This document shows positions 34,001 to 44,500 of a stretch of 64,000 bases of DNA, piece after piece (within the stretch, counting starts at the first letter, position 1; the number at the start of each line of letters is the position of its first letter). The notes beneath the pieces were generated by a model, which saw only the letters and a program-made list of their open reading frames with translations, did not search any database and was not told the origin of the DNA. The translations under genes and the position numbers were made by a program. The stretch lies in assembly GCA_001661245.1 (NCBI GenBank), contig KV454011.1:1142724-1206723 (forward strand), read 5' to 3'. This DNA is from Pachysolen tannophilus NRRL Y-2460. Its lineage: Eukaryota.

Positions 34001-34575
34001 AACCAAATTTATTAGTTCAAACTATTTCAAAATCCATCCATAATATCAATCAGTTGAAAGAATTATCTAAACACCAAAGTAATAGAATGTCCAATTTTGC
34101 CAAATCTGTTTCAAATCATACAAGTAAAGAATTGAATAATCAGCAGCAACAACAGCAACAAAATCAGCATAATAGCAATCGCCAACGTTTCCATGATAAA
34201 TATTCTCCATTGGTCAGCGTATCAAGCGGTGGAAGTAACAATGGAAGCAGCTCAGATTTACACCAACAATCTGTATCCGCCAATATATCCGATATACACG
34301 GTGAGGATTATGGAAGAATGTCTTTAGAGTATAATTCAAATAATAACATGTCTTTATCTGATGTCTCAATGGGTGAAGAAAATCCATCTCTGGAAACTGC
34401 CACAGGTGACACTGAAACTCTTGGTCCTCATAATAATTCCATGAAAAAGAGACCAAATCCATTAGCTTCAAATAGAGGTAGAAGTGTCACAGAAAGTTAT
34501 GTATCTACTGTGAATGGAATAAATAATAATAATAACATTGTCAGTCCAACAAAGAGAAAACTCAGTGAAGATTGA
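31069..34575 (+). CDS. NIK1: Group III hybrid histidine kinase
   Basis: Tandem ~92-aa HAMP-containing repeats (five AxGD[LF] units), H-box [13 protein letters not shown]1/F/G2 boxes, receiver domain LAEDN...DVQMP...SKP. Confidence 0.96.
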   Translation: MSTPDLINILKDPVLFNEHHESIRTSLLDLMDTKDVEIKKLNDNLITAKNANKAFQQALSEIGTVVISVAMGDLSKKVQIHPVESDPEILKVKITINTMMDQLQTFANEVTKVATEVAHGELGGQAKNEGTVGIWRSLTNNVNIMALNLTNQVREIADVTRAVAYGDLSRKINVHAQGEILELQKTINTMVDQLRTFAFEVTRVSREVGVLGLLGGQARINNVEGIWKELTDNVNAMAANLTNQVRNIANVTTAVAQGDLSKKVTADCKGEILDLKLTINQMVDRLQTFAEEVTRVARETGVFGRLGGEANVQDVDGAWKEVTENVNIMAANLTNQVRSIATVTTAVAHGDLSQKINVDAQGEILQLKDTINKMVDSLQVFAEEVTKVARETGVEGKLGVQANVKDVDGAWKAVTENVNTMATNLTSQVRAFAQITAAATDGDFTRFITVEASGEMDALKTKINQMVLNLRESIQRNTAAREAAELANSAKSEFLANMSHEIRTPMNGIIGMTQLTLDTELTQYQREMLSIVHNLANSLLTIIDDILDISKIEANRMTVEQIDFSLRGTVFGALKTLAVKAIEKQLDLIYEADNSFPDNLVGDSFRLRQVILNLAGNAIKFTTHGKVTVSVKKSAKVHNNSEKLLLEFCVSDTGIGIEKDKLGLIFDTFCQADGSTTRKFGGTGLGLSISKQLIQLMGGEIWVVSNYGRGSDFYFTILVAQANIELARQLETLLPFKDHFVLFISTEHDDLRAREIKTNIENLKLKPVIARTIEEANFQEPVKFDIIIVDSIDIAKQLRTLPEIKYIPLVLLHPSIPALNMRLCLDLGITSYGNTPCSITDLASILKPALESRAAPPNSDGSISYNILLAEDNLVNQKLAVRILEKHGHKVEVVENGLDAFEAVKSKKYDVVLMDVQMPIMGGFEATGKIREWEKKSNPVDSLSFRTPIIALTAHAMLGDRERCMKAQMDEYLSKPLKPNLLVQTISKSIHNINQLKELSKHQSNRMSNFAKSVSNHTSKELNNQQQQQQQNQHNSNRQRFHDKYSPLVSVSSGGSNNGSSSDLHQQSVSANISDIHGEDYGRMSLEYNSNNNMSLSDVSMGEENPSLETATGDTETLGPHNNSMKKRPNPLASNRGRSVTESYVSTVNGINNNNNIVSPTKRKLSED

Positions 34576-34929
34576 AGAGAAGAGAGGTTATTTTAGTTTG
34601 TGTATATGTCTTTTATTGAACTATTTTTTTTTTTTTCTTTACTATTTTTGCTATTAATATCTTTTGATCTTTCAAAAACCGAATTTTTAGAGCTTTATGA
34701 ATATATCATCATATTTCATACAAGTATTATTAGTATTGTTACTTTTTATTTAGAATTATTTTTTTTAGCTTTTAAAAAGGAATTGATGTATATAATAAAT
34801 AAATCGCTAGATGAGAATGTATTTTTGCTGAAAAACTGGAAAAAACAAAAAATAATTTTTTTTAAAATAAAAGAATCTATTCAAGTTATTTATTATTATG
34901 ATTACTAGGACTAGGTCTCTGATAATAAG

Positions 34930-36498
34930 ATGTTCTTGAAAAAAGTAAAGGGACAGCTAATAATTAGACAGTTCTCTCAACTGATCCTGTTTTCAAATAA
35001 AAATCAAGAAACTTTTAAATTTCTAAAAGATTATAAGTTAAAATGTGGATTAGAGATCCATACTCAGTTAGATACATCGAAGAAATTGTTTTCATTATCA
35101 CCGACTTCATTTAATGAGAGACAAAATACTAGAGTATCTTATTTTGATGTCTCTTTACCTGGAACGCAGCCGAGATTGAACCCAGAAGCATTGTTATATA
35201 CATTGAAAGCAGCAGTTGTTCTTAATTCCAAGATAAACCCCATCTCCACATTTGATAGAAAACATTATTTTTATGGAGATCAACCTTTAGGATATCAAAT
35301 AACACAGCATTATAATCCTATTTCCAAAGGAGGATATATCACTTTAACCAAAGAGTTTGATGAAATTAATGAGGTACAAAAAATCATTAACATTGAACAG
35401 ATACAAATAGAACAAGATACTGGGAAATCAATGTATAAGAATCAAGATGGGAATTCTCAAATCGATTTAAATAGAAGTAATATGCCCTTGATAGAGTTGG
35501 TAACAAAACCAGATTTTGAAGATTTAAAACAAGTAAAGGCATTTATCAAAAAATTTCAATTATTATTCAAAATTTTGAAGATATGTACAGGTGATTTGGA
35601 AACAGGTGCTATTAGAGTAGATGTTAATCTTAGTGTTAACAATGGTGAAAGAATTGAAATCAAAAATTTATCTAGTACATCAGCAATCTTGAACGCTATC
35701 AAGTATGAATATAATAGGCAGGTGGAACTAATTAAACAAGGCAACCCTATAATTTCTAAAGAAACAAGAGGTTGGGATGGTTTCCAAACAGTGAAATTAC
35801 GGAACAAAGAAACTGCTGTTGATTATAGATATATGCCAGATCCAGAGTTACCTCCAATTGTATTAGATTTGGCTGATTTAATACCAAACATTTCTTCAAA
35901 CATACCAGAATTACCCGAGGAACAATTATTAAAATTATCATCTAAACCTCATAATTGCAAATTAAGAGATTCTAGAATTTTGGTTCAAAACCAACCATTA
36001 TTAAACTATTACCTAACATTATTTGAATTATTGAAAGAACAAAATATCAAAAATTTAGACAAATTATCAGTCAATTGGTGTTGTCATGAACTCCTAGGAG
36101 CATTAACAAAACTAGACTTAGAATTTGACCATAACCTCTTACCTGCTACAAAATTAGCAGAATTAATCATACAAGTTTCCCACAAAGCCATAACCAACAA
36201 CAACGCAAAACTTCTCTTATTGCACTTGCTAAACAACAAAGAAGACTTGAACAAGTCAATACCCGAATTAATTGAAGAGTACGAATTAGGAATGGATAAA
36301 CTCTCAGAACAAGAAATTGTGGAATTCATCGATGAAGTCTTAAAAGACCCAAAAAATTCAAAGATAGTAGAAACCATACAACGTGGAGAGAAGCCAAAAT
36401 CAATCAACTACCTCATAGGGCAATGCATGAGACTCAGCAGTGGGAAAGTCGACTCCAAAGTGTTTGAACACCACTTGACCAAGAGGTTCAAGACATAG
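34930..36498 (+). CDS. PET112: Mitochondrial Glu-tRNA(Gln) amidotransferase subunit B (GatB)
   Basis: GLEIHTQL, FDRKHYFYGDQPLGYQITQ, IQIEQDTGKS, DLNR, RVDVN, DYRYMPDPELP. Confidence 0.95.
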   Translation: MFLKKVKGQLIIRQFSQLILFSNKNQETFKFLKDYKLKCGLEIHTQLDTSKKLFSLSPTSFNERQNTRVSYFDVSLPGTQPRLNPEALLYTLKAAVVLNSKINPISTFDRKHYFYGDQPLGYQITQHYNPISKGGYITLTKEFDEINEVQKIINIEQIQIEQDTGKSMYKNQDGNSQIDLNRSNMPLIELVTKPDFEDLKQVKAFIKKFQLLFKILKICTGDLETGAIRVDVNLSVNNGERIEIKNLSSTSAILNAIKYEYNRQVELIKQGNPIISKETRGWDGFQTVKLRNKETAVDYRYMPDPELPPIVLDLADLIPNISSNIPELPEEQLLKLSSKPHNCKLRDSRILVQNQPLLNYYLTLFELLKEQNIKNLDKLSVNWCCHELLGALTKLDLEFDHNLLPATKLAELIIQVSHKAITNNNAKLLLLHLLNNKEDLNKSIPELIEEYELGMDKLSEQEIVEFIDEVLKDPKNSKIVETIQRGEKPKSINYLIGQCMRLSSGKVDSKVFEHHLTKRFKT

Positions 36499-37163
36499 CT
36501 AGTAATGAATGCTCCTAATAAGAAAGAGAAAGAAAGGCGGTCGTGTAGATAGTAACCAATTACCCGCTTTTGCGACGGCTCAGCTTATCGCATCTTTTGT
36601 GTACAGCTAGATTAACAAAAAAAAAACATAATTATAAATATATTTATGATGTATATAATATAATATAATATAATAAAATAATATAATATATTTATAATAT
36701 ATTTATGATATATATATATATATATAGTATAGTATATTCGTTTATCTATTGATTATTAGGAGGTAAGTTTATTGTATTTTAATATAGTTGTTAATTGATT
36801 GATTGGTAGTTCTATTGATTTTTTTTTTGTGAGGGTGAGCTTTATTTGTAATAAAAAAGAGATTTAATTACTGAATGCATGGTGCAGCGCGTAGTATTAT
36901 TGCCACTGACAACAAGAAGATTTCATAACAAAGATTGATTAATACATCCAATCAATTCAAGATACTAAATTTTTTATTTTTTTTTCTTTCTAATTTCAAT
37001 TATTGAAAGGGTTTATTTTTAAATCATTTTGATTATTGTTGATTGCTGTTTATTTATTCAGATTTAACTAACATTTTTTATAATAATAAAAAATTTAAGT
37101 GATTTTTATTAATTTATCTTATCGTTATTATTATATATATATATATACAGTCCAAAAACAAAA

Positions 37164-37541
37164 ATGAGATCCCAATTTAAAGATGAACACCCTTTTGAAA
37201 AAAGAAAGGCGGAAGCAATGAGAATTCGTTCTAAGTTTACAGACAGAATTCCTGTTATTTGTGAAAAAGTTGAGAAATCGGATATTCCAGAAATTGATAA
37301 GCGTAAATATTTGGTTCCATGCGATTTAACAGTTGGTCAATTTGTTTATGTTATTAGAAAGAGAATTAAATTACCAAGTGAGAAGGCCATTTTCATCTTT
37401 GTCAATGATATATTGCCCCCAACTGCAGCTTTAATGTCTAGCATTTACGAAGAACATCATGATGAAGATGGATTTTTGTATGTGTTATACAGTGGTGAAA
37501 ACACTTTTGGTGAATTGGAAGGTGTTGAAGAAATATTATGA
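37164..37541 (+). CDS. ATG8: Autophagy ubiquitin-like protein Atg8
   Basis: [42 protein letters not shown] followed by a 9-aa tail after the conjugated Gly. Confidence 0.98.
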   Translation: MRSQFKDEHPFEKRKAEAMRIRSKFTDRIPVICEKVEKSDIPEIDKRKYLVPCDLTVGQFVYVIRKRIKLPSEKAIFIFVNDILPPTAALMSSIYEEHHDEDGFLYVLYSGENTFGELEGVEEIL

Positions 37542-38186
37542 GTCAGATATAGGAGGAGGTTAGGGTTCCTATTATAATTTGTTGTTGTTTAGTTAAATTT
37601 TTTTTTTTTTTTTATTATTATTACTTTATTTTATTTTATTTTATCCATTTAAAGTTCTCTTATATTAAACCCTAATGAGGTTAATAACAGCTTTTTTTTT
37701 TTTTTTTTTTTCTATAATTTTTTGTATCAACAGTCTTGGGGTTTATTCTTGATAGTCGTTTTGTATTTCTTCATTTCTTTTATTATTTTCTTCTTTTTTT
37801 TTTCTTTCTTTTATTGAATGATTGGGATTTGGATTAAATTTTTATATTTACTTTTAAAACATGCGTACTTAAGTTATAGCTGTTTTCAAGTATATTTATT
37901 ATCATCACATTCAATATTTGGTACTAGCGAGTTACTAGTTTTTTTTTTTCTTATATACACAAACACATTGAATATTCGATAATACTACAACAAGAAATTA
38001 GACCATCATTTATCTATTCTAAAACTGGATAAATTGGTTTATGTTTTTTGATAATTTTTAATCTTTTGTATATGTAATGTATAAGCGTGTACCTTGAAAA
38101 AGTTGAAAATTCATAAGAACACCTAAATCATTATTAATAGTCAATAAATATATTTTCATTAGAGAGTTGTGGTTATCTAAAAATAT

Positions 38187-41108
38187 ATGAGAGTGACCAT
38201 GAGAATTTATTCGTTAAATCAATTTCTTTCGATTGGGTTGCTTCTAGTATTATTTTTAGTTATTCCAACGGAATCTGTTAAATCTTATTTATTTAAGAAA
38301 TGTGATGAATCTTCCTTTTGTCATAGAAATCGTTTTTTTGCAAATTCGATTAAATCATTAGGTGATTCGAATTATAAACCAATTTATAAAATTGATCCAG
38401 ATTCTTTTGATATTGATATCATTAGGTCTTCTTTTAAAGGTGATATCATCAAGACTTTAAATGATGGTCAAACAGAAGTTGTATTACCTTTTGAAGTCAA
38501 TATTTTAAAAGATAATAATATAAGATTAAGAATTGATGAATTAAACAGAATTAATGGGAAAATACAAGTAGATAATAATCGTTTGACAAAGAGAAGGTTT
38601 AATGAAGCTTATAAATATGCTTTTAAAGATAATGGGAATGTTGAATTGTTGGATAAAGATGTTGAATTAAAATTTGAAAAATTTGATGATAGATTAGAAT
38701 TAACTTATGGTAAAAATTTAGAAAATTGTTTAAAAATTTTTTATTATCCTTTTAAATTAGTTACTTACTTGGATGATAAAGAAGTTCTGGTAATCAATGA
38801 TAGAAATTTCTTGAATGTTGAACATTGGAGACAAAGACAAGAAAATGATACTCTTAATTTATCTCCAGAAGAAACTGATTTTAATTTATTCCATGATTCT
38901 TTTAAAGATTCCAAAAATGATAAGTTACCATTTGGACCTGAATCAATTGGATTAGATGTCTCTTTATTACAAATTGATACTGTTTTCGGTCTTGCTGAAC
39001 ATTCTTCAATGAATTTACAGTTGAAAGATACTTCAGAAACGGATCCTTATAGATTGTTTAATGTTGATATATTTGAATATGAAACAGAAAGCCAATTTCC
39101 TATGTATGGTAGTATTCCATTTATTATGGGTGTTCGTGAAGATTATAGCGTTGGTGTATTTTGGGTTAATGGTGCTGATACCTGGGTCGATGTTAATAAG
39201 ATCTATGATGGGGACGACGTTAATGAACAACGACAACAACAACAGCAGCAGGTTTTATCTTCAAAGAAAGAAAAGAAAACTTCAACCCATTGGATGTCTG
39301 AAAATGGTATTATTGATTTGGTTATCATGGTTGGCAAGACCCCATCTGAAGTTAATTCGAAATATGGACTAGTTACTGGATTTACAAAATTACCTCTGCT
39401 TTTCTCATTAGGATATCATCAATGTCGCTGGAATTATAATGACGAAGAAGATGTATTGAATGTTCACCAAAACTTTGATATTTACAATATCAGTTATGAT
39501 ACCATTTGGTTGGATGTTGAATATACAGATTCAAAGAGGTATTTTACATGGAAAGATCAATTGTTTTCAGATCCAATTGGTATGGTAAATACTTTAGATG
39601 AAACTGGTAGGAACTTGGTTGTTATTATTGATCCGCATATAAAAGCTGATTATTTTTTAAGTGAAGAAATTGAAAAACGTGGTATTGGTATTGCAAATTC
39701 CGATAATGAAAAATGTTATCATGGACATTGTTGGCCAGGTGAAAGTGTTTGGATAGATACTTTTAATCCTAAAGCTAGAGAATATTGGATCACTTTATTT
39801 AAAAATTCAACTACTGGAAATAATTTTATTGGAAGTGCTTCCAATATTCATATTTGGAATGATATGTCAGAACCATCAATTTTTAATGGGCCTGAAACTT
39901 CTGCACCTAAGGATCTTGTACATTATGGTGGTTGGGAACATAGATCCATTCATAACATTTATGGGTTGACTTTCCATGAGGCAACATATGAAGCATTACA
40001 ATTAAGATTTGCCAATGAAAATAAGAGACCTTTTATTTTAACAAGATCTTTTTATAGTGGATCTCAAAGAACAGTTGCAATGTGGACAGGTGATAACAGG
40101 TCAAAATGGGAATTTTTAAAACTTTCGATTCCAATGAATTTAAACCAAGGAATTGTTAATTTCCCATTTAGTGGATCTGATGTTGGTGGGTTTTTCGGTA
40201 ATCCTTCTAAAGATTTATTAACAAGGTGGTATCAAACCGGTATTTTCTATCCATTTTTCAGAGCCCATGCACATATAGACTCTAGAAGAAGAGAACCTTG
40301 GCTTATTGGTGAACCTTATACATCTATAATTAGGGATTTGATAGATTTGCGTTATAAACTTTTACCTGTATTATATACTGCATTTTATGAAAATTCCATC
40401 AATGGGTTACCAATAATGAAACCAGTTTTCTACGAACATCCTGAAAACCCAGAAACATACTCTATTGATGATGAATTTTTCTTATCGGATAGTGGATTAT
40501 TAGCAAAACCAATAGTGGAAGAAAATTGTGTTCAAACGGATATTTATTTCCCAGATGATGAAATTTATTACAACTTCTTTGACTACTCAGATCACATACA
40601 AGATGGTCCTAAAAGATATACTATTGATAAAGTCTCATTAGAAACTTTACCATTATTCATTAAAGGTGGAAATATCTTAACAACAAAGGAAAGACACAGA
40701 AGATCAACCAGATTGATGAAATACGACCCATATACTCTAACAGTAGCATTAGATAAGGAAAACAATTTTGCAAAAGGAAAGTTATACATCGACGACGGAG
40801 AAACATTCAATCATGAATCAAGCAATGACTACCTCATCGCACAGTTTGAATACTCGAATAACCAACTCAAATCATCAATTTTCACAAAAGACAATTCAAA
40901 TCAACCTCTTGTTCAAAGCTTAAATACAATCAAAATTGAAAAAATTAAAATCATTGGTTCAAAGCTTAAATACAAGAGCAAAAAAGCAAAAGTTTCCCAG
41001 GATGGCAAAGAATGGGAGGTAGACTTGATCGACAACTCAGACCACTACGTCGTCAGAAACCCAGGCGTCGTCGTCGGTAAGCAATGGATTATCACTCCTG
41101 TTGTCTGA
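38187..41108 (+). CDS. ROT2: ER glucosidase II alpha subunit (GH31)
   Basis: Signal peptide, FKKCDESSFCHRNR, LGYHQCRWNY, WLDVEY, WNDMSEPS, WTGDN, FFRAHAHIDSRRREPW. Confidence 0.95.
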   Translation: MRVTMRIYSLNQFLSIGLLLVLFLVIPTESVKSYLFKKCDESSFCHRNRFFANSIKSLGDSNYKPIYKIDPDSFDIDIIRSSFKGDIIKTLNDGQTEVVLPFEVNILKDNNIRLRIDELNRINGKIQVDNNRLTKRRFNEAYKYAFKDNGNVELLDKDVELKFEKFDDRLELTYGKNLENCLKIFYYPFKLVTYLDDKEVLVINDRNFLNVEHWRQRQENDTLNLSPEETDFNLFHDSFKDSKNDKLPFGPESIGLDVSLLQIDTVFGLAEHSSMNLQLKDTSETDPYRLFNVDIFEYETESQFPMYGSIPFIMGVREDYSVGVFWVNGADTWVDVNKIYDGDDVNEQRQQQQQQVLSSKKEKKTSTHWMSENGIIDLVIMVGKTPSEVNSKYGLVTGFTKLPLLFSLGYHQCRWNYNDEEDVLNVHQNFDIYNISYDTIWLDVEYTDSKRYFTWKDQLFSDPIGMVNTLDETGRNLVVIIDPHIKADYFLSEEIEKRGIGIANSDNEKCYHGHCWPGESVWIDTFNPKAREYWITLFKNSTTGNNFIGSASNIHIWNDMSEPSIFNGPETSAPKDLVHYGGWEHRSIHNIYGLTFHEATYEALQLRFANENKRPFILTRSFYSGSQRTVAMWTGDNRSKWEFLKLSIPMNLNQGIVNFPFSGSDVGGFFGNPSKDLLTRWYQTGIFYPFFRAHAHIDSRRREPWLIGEPYTSIIRDLIDLRYKLLPVLYTAFYENSINGLPIMKPVFYEHPENPETYSIDDEFFLSDSGLLAKPIVEENCVQTDIYFPDDEIYYNFFDYSDHIQDGPKRYTIDKVSLETLPLFIKGGNILTTKERHRRSTRLMKYDPYTLTVALDKENNFAKGKLYIDDGETFNHESSNDYLIAQFEYSNNQLKSSIFTKDNSNQPLVQSLNTIKIEKIKIIGSKLKYKSKKAKVSQDGKEWEVDLIDNSDHYVVRNPGVVVGKQWIITPVV

Positions 41109-41259
41109 ACAGACCTTCAAAATCTCACACGACTTTTTTTTTGGTGAACAATTTTTTTTTTTCATTTTTTCATTTTTTTTCATTTTTTTTCACGAGGTGG
41201 TGTTGAGCAGAGTTTTTGAGTCATCTTTGTTGTAGGCTAAAGTTTGTTTTAACAGAATA

Positions 41260-41294
<35 letters not shown>

Positions 41295-41314
41295 ATTATT
41301 ATCTCTATATATTA

Positions 41315-41386
41315 ATGTCTCTTGGCAGATACAATTATTTTTATAAAGGTATCAGTTTGTTGAATAGTTATAATCTTTTGAGCATT
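41315..41386 (+). CDS. VAS1: Predicted upstream exon encoding the mitochondrial targeting peptide of VAS1
   Basis: ATG at 41315 plus 24 codons (MSLGRYNYFYKGISLLNSYNLLSI), then GTAGT-type donor GTAAGT at 41387; splices in frame to 41520 (KRSFSIDHFK-M). Confidence 0.75.
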
Positions 41387-41519
41387 GTAAGTTTTAACCA
41401 CGGATTTTTTTCTTTAAATTAATATTTGAAGATTTCTTTTCAAGTTTTTTATAAAAATTTTTTTTTTTTTTTGCTTTTTGATTGATTATTGTTTCTAATA
41501 TTGAAAAAAAAAAATCTAG
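41387..41519 (+). other. Predicted intron (133 nt, phase 0) at the 5' end of VAS1
   Basis: GTAAGT donor, TTCTAAT branch-like site at 41493-41499, TAG acceptor at 41517-41519; branch-to-acceptor spacing is similar to the other introns in this window. Confidence 0.75.
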
Positions 41520-41549
41520 AAGAGAAGTTTCAGTATTGATCACTTCAAG

Positions 41550-44500
41550 ATGAGCGAGGGACAAGGAACGGTTCCTGAACAACAGGTTTTGCAAGCTGGT
41601 GAGGGCAAAGGTCCTAAAAGTGCAAAGGAGTTGGAAAAAGAACGTAAGAAGGCTGAAAAATTAGCTAAATTTGAAGCTAAAAAGCAAAAGCTGGAAGCTT
41701 TAAAGAAGAATCAAGAAGCCAATTCTTTGAAAAAAAAGGAAAAAGTTAAGAAGGGATCAGTAGAAGAACCAGCGGGAGAATTTTTGGATCAGACTGTTCC
41801 TGGTGAAAGAAAAATTTTACTTTCATTAGAAGATCCATCATTGAAAGCATATAATCCTAAAAATGTTGAATCTTCTTGGTATGAATGGTGGGTTAAGGAA
41901 AAATTCTTTGAGCCAAAGTTTACTGAAGATGGTAAAATCAAGCCAGAAGGTTTATTTACAATTCCAGCACCTCCACCTAATGTTACCGGTGCTTTGCATA
42001 TTGGACATGCTTTAACTGTTTCACTTCAAGATGCTTTAATTCGTTATAATAGAATGAAGGGAAAGACAACTTTATTTTTACCAGGGTTTGACCATGCAGG
42101 AATTGCCACTCAATCTGTTGTTGAAAAAAACATATGGGCTAGAGAAAAGAAAACTAGACATGATTATGGTCGTGAAGCATTTGTAAAGAAAGTTTGGGAT
42201 TGGAAAGATGTATATCATGCTAAGATTAAATCACAATTCCAGAAAATGGGTGCATCATATGATTGGTCCAGAGAGGCATTTACACTTAGTCCTCAATTAT
42301 CAAAAGCTGTTGTGGAAGCTTTTGTTAGAATGCATGAAGATGGTACAATTTATCGTGCTTCAAGATTAGTAAATTGGTCAGTTAAATTAAATACCGCTAT
42401 ATCTAATTTAGAAGTTGATAATAAAACTATTCCTGGTAGAACTTTATTATCTGTTCCAGGTTATGATAATCCAATTGAATTTGGTGTCTTGACATCTTTT
42501 GCCTATCCAGTTGTTGGATCAGATGAAAAATTGGTTGTTGCTACAACACGTCCAGAAACTATATTTGGTGATACTGCAGTTGCTGTTCATCCAGATGATC
42601 CTCGTTATAAACATTTACATGGTAAATTTGTTCAGCATCCATTTATAGATAAACAAATTCCAATCATCACCGATTCAGAGGCTGTTGATATGGAATTTGG
42701 TACTGGTGCTGTTAAAATTACTCCAGGACATGATACTAACGATTATAATACCGGTAAACGTAATAATTTGGAATTTATCAATATTCTTACAGATGATGGT
42801 AAATTGAATGATGAATGTGGACCTGAATGGAGTGGTATGAAGAGATTTGATGCTCGTGCTTTAGTTATTGAAAAATTAAAAGAAAAAGGATTATTTGTAG
42901 AACAAAAAGATAATGAAATGACAATTCCAACTTGTTCAAGATCTGGTGATGTTATTGAACCTTATTTGAAACCACAATGGTGGGTTTCTCAGAAAAGTAT
43001 GGCTAGTGAAGCAATTAAAGCTGTTAAAGATGGAAGAATTACAATTACTCCTAAAGTATCTGAAGCTGAATATTTCCAATGGTTGGAAAATATTCAAGAT
43101 TGGTGTATTTCAAGACAGTTATGGTGGGGTCATAGATGTCCTGTTTACTTTGTTAGAATTGAAGGTCAAGATAATGATCCAAATGATGGTGAATATTGGG
43201 TTAGTGGTAGATCTTTAGAAGAAGCAGGCATTAAAGCACAAAAGAAATTCCCTGGTTTGAAATATACTTTAGAACAAGATGAAGATGTCTTGGATACTTG
43301 GTTCTCGTCTGGTTTATGGCCTTTTAGTACATTGGGATGGCCTGACAAGACTCCTGATATGGAAATGTTCTCACCAATGTCCTTATTAGAAACAGGTTGG
43401 GATATATTATTCTTTTGGGTTACAAGAATGATTTTATTAGGATTGAAATTAACAGGGGATGTTCCATTTAAAGAAGTTTTCTGTCATTCTTTAGTTCGTG
43501 ATGCCCAAGGCCGTAAGATGTCAAAATCTTTGGGAAATGTTGTTGATCCAATTGATGTTATTACTGGTATTTCTTTAGATGAATTGCATAAAAAATTGTA
43601 TGTAGGTAATTTAGACCCTAGGGAAATTGCCAAAGCTACTGAAGGTCAAAAAGAATCTTATCCAAATGGTATTCCAGAATGTGGTACTGATGCATTAAGA
43701 TTTGCCTTATGTGCTTATTCTACAGGTGCTAGAGATATTAATTTGAATATTTTAAGAGTTGAAGGTTATAGAAAATTCTGTAATAAGATTTATCAAGCTA
43801 CAAAATTTGCCTTGATGAGATTAGGTGATGATTATAAACCACCAGCTTCTACTAGAATAACAGGTAATGAATCACTTGTTGAAAAATGGATTTTACATAA
43901 ATTGACTAATACAGCTAAGAAATTAAATAATGATTTAGACAATCGTGAATTTGGTGAAGCTGCTAATTCAATTTATCAATTCTGGTATGATGTATGTGAT
44001 GTTTATATTGAAAATTCTAAATATTTAATTGTTGAAGGAACACCAGAGCAACAAAAATCTGCAAAAGATACTTTATATACATGTATTGATGAAGCTTTAA
44101 AAATGATTCATCCATTTATGCCATTTATTACTGAAGAAATGTGGCAAAGATTACCAAGACGTGAAAATGATACAACAAAATCTATTGTTATTAGTAAATA
44201 TCCAGAATTTCTTGCTGAATTTGATGATTTGGAAAGTTTGAATGCTTATGATTTAATATTAGAAGTTACTAAAGGTTCTAGATCATTACTTTCGCATTAT
44301 GGTATATTGAAAAATGGTAAAGTATTTGTCGAATCATCAAATGAAGATATTTTTAAAATTGTTTCTGAGCAAAGAAAATCGATTGTATCATTAATTAAAG
44401 CTGTTGATGAAATTTCTGTTGTTAAAAATATAAAAGAAATCCCAGCAGGATGTGCTTTAGCAACAATAAACATTGATTGTAATGTTCATGTCTTGGTCAA

